Source of the DNA: Opitutales bacterium
GTDB taxonomy: Bacteria > Verrucomicrobiota > Verrucomicrobiia > Opitutales > Coraliomargaritaceae
DNA: 32,000 nt
Reading direction: 5' to 3'
Assembly: GCA_049606355.1 (NCBI GenBank)
Contig: JBMYVL010000009.1
Span: forward strand, 1-32,000
Shown in pieces: positions 25,785 to 32,000 of the stretch. The translations under genes were made by a program, and so were the position numbers. The notes beneath the pieces are model-generated. The model was not told the DNA's origin and did no database searches. It saw only the letters and a list, made by a program, of their open reading frames with translations. Each line of letters opens with the position of its first letter. Position 1 is the stretch's first letter.

Positions 25785-26852
25785 TCAGCTCAGTAACACC
25801 AAGTTGTCGCGATGGATGGCAACGGATGCAGGCTGGTTTTTATCCATTAAGACGCTTGCGCTGTAATCCACTTGCCCTTGGGCGATGACTCGTCCGCTGG
25901 CTTGACGAATCAGCACGATCGCGCCCGCTTCGAAGGGTCCCTTGACCTTTGAAATTCCCGCAGCTAATAAGCTCTTGCCGGACTGGATAATGGCAGCGGC
26001 GGCACCGTCATCAATGGTTAGTTCTCCTTCGCTGCCGTCCTGTATCGCGATCCAGCGCTTGTGTGATTTGATCGGCGCAGTGCTCGGTAAAAAGTGTGTT
26101 CCGACCGATTCCCCATTTAATAGTTTATCGAAAAGTTGAGCATCCTTGCCGCTACCAATGATCACTGCACAACCGGCACGATGCGCAATCTTAGCGGCTG
26201 TGAGTTTACTGGTCATCCCGCCGACAGAAGTTGTGTGCGTCGTGCCTTCAGCCATTGCTTCGATCTCGGGTGTGATGGCCTCGACGCAGGGCACCACTTC
26301 TCCGCTGCCTTGCAGGTCGATCAGACCCGGTATGTTGGATAAGATGAAGAGCATGTCCGCATTGACGACGCTCGCAAGCAATGCGGAAAGGGTATCATTG
26401 TCCCCAAATTTTATTTCATCCGCACTGATGCTGTCATTTTCGTTAACAATGGGGATCGTGCCGTTGGCTAGCAGGCATTCGACTGTGTTGAAGATTGCGT
26501 TATGGCGATGGCGGGCGCGCAGGTCTTCGCGGGTGAGTAAGATCTGCGCGACTGTGGTGTCGTGCGGGTCGAAACTTTGCTGCCATGTATTGATGAGAAT
26601 ACTTTGGCCAACGGACGCACAGGCTTGGAGTTGCGCGAGGTCTTTGGGGCGCTTCTCTAGCTTGAGCTTGCCCATGCCAAGCCCGACGGCTCCAGAGCTC
26701 ACCAGTACGACTTCGATGCCACGTGCCCGCAAGGTCATGACTTGCTGGCAGAGTGTATCAATGCGTTGGGTATCCAGATCGCCGATACCTGAGGTGAGGA
26801 CACCCGTGCCTAGTTTGATGACAACGCGTTTGGCCTGTGCGAGGGTGGACAT
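25785..26852 (-). CDS. proB: Glutamate 5-kinase with a C-terminal PUA domain.
   Basis: Signatures are KRVVIKLGTGVLTS, VLVSSGAVGLG, IPIVNENDS, GDNDTLSA and GGMTSKLTAA. The C-terminal stretch GELTIDDGAAAAI...GKSLLAAGI is a PUA domain. Confidence 0.95.
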   Translation of the reverse strand: MSTLAQAKRVVIKLGTGVLTSGIGDLDTQRIDTLCQQVMTLRARGIEVVLVSSGAVGLGMGKLKLEKRPKDLAQLQACASVGQSILINTWQQSFDPHDTTVAQILLTREDLRARHRHNAIFNTVECLLANGTIPIVNENDSISADEIKFGDNDTLSALLASVVNADMLFILSNIPGLIDLQGSGEVVPCVEAITPEIEAMAEGTTHTTSVGGMTSKLTAAKIAHRAGCAVIIGSGKDAQLFDKLLNGESVGTHFLPSTAPIKSHKRWIAIQDGSEGELTIDDGAAAAIIQSGKSLLAAGISKVKGPFEAGAIVLIRQASGRVIAQGQVDYSASVLMDKNQPASVAIHRDNLVLLS

Positions 26853-26903
26853 GTAGCGTTTGTTAGCAAAAAAAGGCGGACGAGCTGTTGAGCGGGCCTG
26901 CGA

Positions 26904-27461
26904 TCAAACTTTTTTCAAGTCCGCTTCCTTTTTACTGAGCTCGTCGTTAATTTTTGCGATATAGGTATCGTGCTCTCCCTGAATATCTTTTTCGTAGCGT
27001 TTGACATCATCTTCGGAAAGGCCGTCCTCCTTGGAGGCCTTCAGCAGATCCAGAGCATCGCGGCGCGCTTGGCGGACCCGAACGCGACCGTCTTCAGCCA
27101 TACCACCTGCCTGTTTGGCCAGTTCAGTGCGGCGTTCGCCGGTAAGTTCAGGCACGGGCACGCGCAAAATGCCGCCGTCAATGAGCGGATTGAAGCCGAG
27201 GTTGGCATCGATAATCGCTTTTTCGACATCCTTAATGATACTTTTGTCCCACGGTTGCACGACGATCGTACGGGCATCGGGTGTAGTAACGGCTGCGACC
27301 TCTTTGAGTGCCGAGCTCGCGCCGTAGGCTTCGACTTTTACACTATCGAGCATCGCTGGACTGGCCTTGCCGGTGTGTAAGCTGCCAAATTGGCTGAGTG
27401 TGTAGTCGACTGCTTTCTTCATGTCAGCAGTGGTGGTGGAGATGATTTCGTCGGGTTCCAT
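26904..27461 (-). CDS. frr: Ribosome recycling factor.
   Basis: It is 185 aa, with GSLHTGKASPAMLDSVKVEAYG, PWDKS, NLGFNP, ILRVPVPELTGERR and RRDA. Confidence 0.95.
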   Translation of the reverse strand: MEPDEIISTTTADMKKAVDYTLSQFGSLHTGKASPAMLDSVKVEAYGASSALKEVAAVTTPDARTIVVQPWDKSIIKDVEKAIIDANLGFNPLIDGGILRVPVPELTGERRTELAKQAGGMAEDGRVRVRQARRDALDLLKASKEDGLSEDDVKRYEKDIQGEHDTYIAKINDELSKKEADLKKV

Positions 27462-27508
27462 AAATTTGAAAATGCGGTGTGCTAGTGAGCGATTGTTGCT
27501 GAGGACTG

Positions 27509-28252
27509 TTATTCGTTAACGAGTGTACCGATGGATTCACCCATTACGGCTCGGTAAATCGAGCCCGGCTCGGTCATGCTGAAGACCAGAATTGGCATTT
27601 TGTTTTCCATGCACAGAGAGAAGGCTGTTGAATCCATGACATTGAGGCGGTCGCGCAAAGCATCGATGTACTTAAGTGAATCGTATTTGACCGCGTCCTT
27701 GTGCTGGGATGGGTCTTTGTCATAGATGCCGTCGACTTTAGTTGCTTTCATCAGCATGTCGGCGCCGATTTCACTCGAGCGCAGGGCTGCGCATGTATCC
27801 GTTGAGAAGTAGGGATTACCAGTACCCCCTGCGAAAATGACGACGCGACCGCGTTCTAAGTGGCGTGTCGCTCGGCGTACGATGAAGGGTTCAGCCAGTT
27901 TATCCATCGGGATCGCGCTTTGTAGGCGTACGGTGACGCCCAATTTTTCGAGGCGATCGAGAAAAGCCAGCCCATTGATGACCGTTGCAAGCATGCCCAT
28001 GTAGTCGCCGGTGGTGCGATCCACCCCCTTCATCTCGGCGCCGCTGAGACCGCGGAAAATGTTGCCGCCGCCGATGACCAAACCGACTTCGACACCAATG
28101 TCATAGACTTTTTTGACTTCCTCGCAGATAGTTTTGAGGATTTTCGGATCGATGGGTTCTCCATCTTCAGTGTTTCGCAAAACTTCACCGCTCAGTTTTA
28201 GAACGATGCGCTTGTATTTCGGTTGTGGGGCGGTTGGGTCTGATGCATCCAT
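27509..28252 (-). CDS. pyrH: UMP kinase.
   Basis: Signatures are [39 protein letters not shown] and [13 protein letters not shown]. It lies immediately upstream of frr, as in most bacteria. Confidence 0.95.
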   Translation of the reverse strand: MDASDPTAPQPKYKRIVLKLSGEVLRNTEDGEPIDPKILKTICEEVKKVYDIGVEVGLVIGGGNIFRGLSGAEMKGVDRTTGDYMGMLATVINGLAFLDRLEKLGVTVRLQSAIPMDKLAEPFIVRRATRHLERGRVVIFAGGTGNPYFSTDTCAALRSSEIGADMLMKATKVDGIYDKDPSQHKDAVKYDSLKYIDALRDRLNVMDSTAFSLCMENKMPILVFSMTEPGSIYRAVMGESIGTLVNE

Positions 28253-28337
28253 TAAAGATGGTTTTAAACGGGTTTTTTATGTGTACGTCAATCCATGGAT
28301 GCAGGCGATCGCGCGGAAATATTCTTTCACAGAGTGC

Positions 28338-28365
28338 TTGACGCCTATAGCTTCGTTTCTACTGT
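28338..28365 (+). promoter_or_regulatory. Candidate sigma70-type promoter of the tRNA-Gln gene.
   Basis: TTGACG is at 28338..28343, a 16-nt spacer follows, and TACTGT is at 28360..28365. The mature tRNA 5' end lies 14 nt downstream of the -10 element. Confidence 0.35.
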
Positions 28366-28378
28366 CATCCGATTTTAC

Positions 28379-28452
<74 letters not shown>

Positions 28453-28459
28453 CTTTAAG

Positions 28460-28484
28460 CCCACCGCGTTGCGGTGGGTTTTTT
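28460..28484 (+). terminator. Rho-independent terminator after tRNA-Gln.
   Basis: The structure is cccaccgc-gtt-gcggtggg followed by tttttt at 28479..28484. Confidence 0.8.
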
Positions 28485-28580
28485 GTAGCCTCTACGTCAG
28501 GTCGCTGCTCGCTGGTGCCGCCTTCTCGCGGGAATTCTTGACGATTCCTGTGGATTCGCTACCTCAAACCTGTTCAACAG

Positions 28581-29843
28581 ATGTCAATGACGATGCAAAC
28601 CAGAGAAAATCAGATCGAAATCCTGTCTCCTGCCGGATGTTATGCATCGTTGCAGGCAGCGATTGATGGCGGAGCGGATGCGGTCTATTTTGGTCTCGCC
28701 CAGTTAAATATGCGTGCGCGCTCGCGGCGTTCATTCCACGTCGACGATCTTGCAGAAATCATGCAACGCTGCCGCAAGGGCGGCATCCGTGGTTACCTGA
28801 CCTTGAACACCTTGTTGTACGATCATGACTTGAAACTTTGTTATAAGTTATTGGAGACGGCCAAGGCGCAGGGCGTGCATGCCGTGATTGCCGCTGATAT
28901 GGCCTGTATTGTGCGTGCTCGTGAGCTCGGTTTGGAAGTGCATCTTTCCACACAGTTGTCGGTTTCTAATTTTGAGTCGTTTAAATTTTATGCGCAATTC
29001 TGCGACCGTATCGTATTAGCGCGTGAGCTCAATTTAAGCATGATCAAGAAACTGCGCCAGCAGGTGTTGGAGGCGGATCTGCGCGGCCCGTCAGGACGCA
29101 TCGTGGAGATTGAAGCCTTTGCGCACGGGGCTTTATGTATCGCGGTTTCCGGCCGTTGCGGGATGTCACTGTACACCGACAATGCCTCGGCAAACCGCGG
29201 TGGTTGCATTCAAAACTGTCGCAAGGAATACATCGTTAAGGATAAGGACAGCGGTAAAGAGCTGCGGATCGACAATAATTTCGTGATGTCTCCCAATGAC
29301 ATCTCCACGATCGAATTCTTGGATCAATTACTGGATGCAGGGGTACACACCTTGAAGTTAGAGGGCCGTGGTCGCTCCCCCGAGTATGTCAAATTAGTGA
29401 CGCGTGCCTACCGTGAAGCGGTGAATTCAGTTCTCGAAGACCGCTATACCCCGGAGTTTGTCGCCACCTTATTGGAGTCGATTCAAACGGTCTATAATCG
29501 TGGGCTTTCAGATGGCTACTACTTGGGTCGGGAGCAGGGCTGGTCGAAGGCGTATGGATCCAAAGCGACGCACCAGAAAGTTTTACGCGGCCATGTGTCG
29601 CATTATTATGCAAAAATCGGGGTAGCTGAAATCACAGCAGTCGGCACTGTTGAGGCAGGCGACTCATTCCTAATTATTGGCGATACCAGCGGTGTCGTTG
29701 AAGGAGAAGTGGGCAGCATGCATCTCGATTCCGGGGAGGTTCGCAGCGTCAAAGCAGGGGATGTCTTTTCCCTGAAAGTCAGTGAACGCGTACGCCGAAA
29801 CGATAAATTCTTTCTGCTGAAGCCGGCAGTGGTCCAAGTCTAG
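28581..29843 (+). CDS. Peptidase-U32-family protein (the UbiU/UbiV/TrhP/RlhA-type family of O2-independent Fe-S hydroxylases).
   Basis: The U32 N-terminus reads [32 protein letters not shown]. The four-Cys motif CIAVSGRC-x15-C-IQN-C, that is C-x6-C-x15-C-x3-C, occupies 29136..29219. [12 protein letters not shown] is present, and a C-terminal beta-barrel-like tail follows. Confidence 0.9.
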   Translation: MSMTMQTRENQIEILSPAGCYASLQAAIDGGADAVYFGLAQLNMRARSRRSFHVDDLAEIMQRCRKGGIRGYLTLNTLLYDHDLKLCYKLLETAKAQGVHAVIAADMACIVRARELGLEVHLSTQLSVSNFESFKFYAQFCDRIVLARELNLSMIKKLRQQVLEADLRGPSGRIVEIEAFAHGALCIAVSGRCGMSLYTDNASANRGGCIQNCRKEYIVKDKDSGKELRIDNNFVMSPNDISTIEFLDQLLDAGVHTLKLEGRGRSPEYVKLVTRAYREAVNSVLEDRYTPEFVATLLESIQTVYNRGLSDGYYLGREQGWSKAYGSKATHQKVLRGHVSHYYAKIGVAEITAVGTVEAGDSFLIIGDTSGVVEGEVGSMHLDSGEVRSVKAGDVFSLKVSERVRRNDKFFLLKPAVVQV

Positions 29844-29854
29844 GAACTGCAGCG

Positions 29855-30082
29855 ATGAAATGGATCCCTATCGCCCACAAAAAACCGGAGTGCATCGGCT
29901 GTGCCTTATGCGCGGAGGTTGCACCGAATTACTTTGAAATGGATGCAGATGGCGAAGCGCAGTTAATTCGTGTGATTCGACGCAAAGATAAATTTGAATA
30001 CAGCGAAGGCTTTGCTGAGGATCGAGATGTTTTGGAAGCCGCAGCGGAAGGCTGTCCCGTCGACATCATTAAAATCGATTGA
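29855..30082 (+). CDS. Small single-cluster [4Fe-4S] ferredoxin (75 aa).
   Basis: It has CIGCALCAEVAP...EGCPVDIIKI, that is CxxCxxC...CP. It starts 11 nt after the U32 stop and is presumably co-transcribed. Confidence 0.85.
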   Translation: MKWIPIAHKKPECIGCALCAEVAPNYFEMDADGEAQLIRVIRRKDKFEYSEGFAEDRDVLEAAAEGCPVDIIKID

Positions 30083-30095
30083 CCGCAGTCGTTAC

Positions 30096-30128
30096 AAAAA
30101 AAGCCGCTCTTTACCGAGCGGCTTTTGT
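30096..30128. terminator. Bidirectional rho-independent terminator between the convergent ferredoxin and gyrA genes.
   Basis: The structure is aaaaaaagccgctc-tttacc-gagcggcttttgt. A 9-11 bp stem is flanked by an A-tract upstream and T residues downstream, so either strand reads a hairpin followed by a U-run. The run is stronger on the minus (gyrA) side. Confidence 0.7.
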
Positions 30129-30144
30129 ATCGATGGGGTACCCT

Positions 30145-32000
30145 TTAAGCTTCAGGAGCGTCTTCGGTAGAATCCGCATCCGCAGCGCCGGCTTCCTCTT
30201 CCTCGGAAGCGATCACCTTGGAAATGCCAATGAGTTCGTCCTTGTCGGCGAGGTTCACCAGCTTAACGCCTTGTGTTGCCCGACCCACGACGCTGACATC
30301 CTTGACGGGTGAGCGTACGGCTTGCCCCTTGAGAGTGAACATCATGATTTCATCTTCATCCGTCACGGAGAGTGCGCCTGCGACCTTCTCAGACTTGATG
30401 GCGATGATGCCGGAGCCGCCACGTGATTGCTGGCGGTAGTCTTCGAAACTGCTGCGCTTACCGAGGCCATTGGTGCCAGCGATGAGAAGCTTCGCGTTCG
30501 GATCGACAATTTCAATGCCCACCACTTTATCGCTTTCGCTCTTCAGCTTGATCCCGCGTACTCCGCGAGTGGCACGTCCTTGATCACGCAGATCCGTCTC
30601 ACAGAAGCGAATCGATTGTGCATTCGAAGTAATCAGAATGATATCGTCTTCGCCGGTAGTCAGACGTGCCCCCACCAGCGCATCACCTTCATCAATGTTA
30701 ATGCCAATGATGCCGCCCTTGCGGAAATTACGGAAGTCTGAGAGCAGGGTCTTCTTCGTAACACCGTTTTGCGTGGCGAGGACGATGCGCTGATCGGATT
30801 CGTCAAAGTCTTTGACGCAAATCATCGCAGCGATCTTTTCGCCTTCCTGTAACTCGAGAACATTGGCGATGGCACGACCCTTCGCGGTGCGACTGCCTTC
30901 GGGTATGTGGTAGACCTTTTCAACGTAGACGCGGCCACTGTTCATGAAACACATGATGTAATCGTGCGTCGAAGCAGTGAAGAGGTGCTCAACAAAGTCG
31001 TCCTCATACTGACCCGAACCAATTACGCCCTTACCGCCACGTTTTTGTGAGCGGTACTCGTCAAGACTGGTGCGCTTAATAAAGCCGTTGTGCGTAACGG
31101 TAATCATACATCCCTCGTTGGGGATGAGGTCTTCCATGCTGATGTCGCCATCGACAGAGATGATTTGAGCGCGGCGTGGGTTGCCGTATTTCTCTTTCAT
31201 TGCGCTCAGTTCTTCTTTGATCACTTCGAGCAGGCGCGACTCATTCTCCAGAATGTCTTTAAGCTCAGCAATCAAGGCCATAAGCTGCGCATATTCCTCC
31301 TCGATCTTATCGCGTTCGAGTCCCGTAAGTTGGTACAAGCGCAGTTCAAGTATGGCATTGGTTTGTACCTCAGTGAGTGGATACTTCGCCATCAAGCCCT
31401 GCTTGGCTTCGTCGCGGTTTTTCGAGGCACGAATAATTTTTACGAAGTCGTCGAGGTTATCGAGGGCGAGTTTATAGCCCTCGAGGATGTGTGCGCGTGC
31501 TTCGGCCTTACGCAGGCGGAATGCGGTACGCCGATAGATCACCTCGCGCCGGTGATCGATATAACAGCTGAGCATCTCCTTGATGTTCATCTGCTTCGGG
31601 CGTCGATTGTCGAGGGCGAGCAGAATCACGCCGAAGGAGCTTTCCAGCGCAGTGCTTTTGTAAAGTTGGTTGATGATCACGCGAGGGATCGCGCCGCGTT
31701 TGAGCTCGATGACGATGCGAGTCGTCTCGGTGGATTCATCGCGCAGGTCGGAGATGCCATCGATTGCCTTGTCCTTAATCAGCTCTGCAATCCGCATGAC
31801 CAGGGAGGCGCGATTCACATTATAAGGAATCGCCGAAATGATAATTTCTTCCTTCCCTTTGTTCTCAACCACTTCGGCGACACCGCGAGTGCGCACAATG
31901 CCACGTCCGGTTTTTAGATAGCTTTCGATTCCGGACTTACCATGAATAAAGCCGCCACCGGGGAAATCGGGTCCGGGGATCAGTTGGATCAGGTCATCGA
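30145..32000 (-). CDS. gyrA: DNA gyrase subunit A, C-terminal ~618 codons. The 5' end lies beyond the right edge of the window.
   Basis: The tracked ORF starts at an internal GTG (31896), but the frame stays open to 32000 and reads DDLIQLIPGPDFPGGGFIHGKSGIESYLKTGRGIVRTRGVAEVV, the canonical GyrA region. Downstream are the beta-pinwheel repeats of the C-terminal domain and an acidic tail, SEEEEAGAADADSTEDAPEA. Confidence 0.95.
   Translation of the reverse strand, partial: DDLIQLIPGPDFPGGGFIHGKSGIESYLKTGRGIVRTRGVAEVVENKGKEEIIISAIPYNVNRASLVMRIAELIKDKAIDGISDLRDESTETTRIVIELKRGAIPRVIINQLYKSTALESSFGVILLALDNRRPKQMNIKEMLSCYIDHRREVIYRRTAFRLRKAEARAHILEGYKLALDNLDDFVKIIRASKNRDEAKQGLMAKYPLTEVQTNAILELRLYQLTGLERDKIEEEYAQLMALIAELKDILENESRLLEVIKEELSAMKEKYGNPRRAQIISVDGDISMEDLIPNEGCMITVTHNGFIKRTSLDEYRSQKRGGKGVIGSGQYEDDFVEHLFTASTHDYIMCFMNSGRVYVEKVYHIPEGSRTAKGRAIANVLELQEGEKIAAMICVKDFDESDQRIVLATQNGVTKKTLLSDFRNFRKGGIIGINIDEGDALVGARLTTGEDDIILITSNAQSIRFCETDLRDQGRATRGVRGIKLKSESDKVVGIEIVDPNAKLLIAGTNGLGKRSSFEDYRQQSRGGSGIIAIKSEKVAGALSVTDEDEIMMFTLKGQAVRSPVKDVSVVGRATQGVKLVNLADKDELIGISKVIASEEEEAGAADADSTEDAPEA

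Overview
This 32 kb chromosomal window looks like a PVC-group, probably Verrucomicrobiota-like, bacterium. That assignment is inferred from a PEP-CTERM sorting signal, several sulfatases and a long-form IspG, and I cannot verify it without a database search.

The left third (1..10932) is an accessory locus resembling a sulfated-glycan utilisation locus. It contains:
- a divergently transcribed TonB-dependent receptor, partial at the window edge;
- a small secreted jelly-roll-like protein;
- a sulfatase fused to a LamG domain;
- a 1861-aa secreted protein with two complete Cys-type sulfatase domains;
- a PEP-CTERM-anchored protein whose roughly 200-aa body is a paralog of the N-terminal module of the 1861-aa protein.

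The remaining two thirds is densely packed housekeeping DNA:
- rdgB;
- the uppS-cdsA-dxr-rseP-ispG isoprenoid and envelope operon;
- cysH, a carboxynorspermidine-dehydrogenase-like gene, and sufT;
- a DUF3108 protein, an uncharacterised 469-aa protein, and a DCC-family thiol oxidoreductase;
- uvrB, the pyrH-frr-proB string, and tRNA-Gln(UUG);
- a U32-family radical-type hydroxylase with an adjacent ferredoxin;
- the 3' two thirds of gyrA.

I saw no CRISPR array, transposase, integrase, phage gene, toxin-antitoxin pair or recognisable defence system.

The most unusual content is the modular architecture of the sulfatase locus: one lectin-like module appears both enzyme-fused and PEP-CTERM-anchored. 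Next come the U32-ferredoxin pair and the 469-aa protein with a degenerate nucleotidyltransferase motif.

All functional calls come from motif recognition by eye in the translated ORFs. No database search was run.
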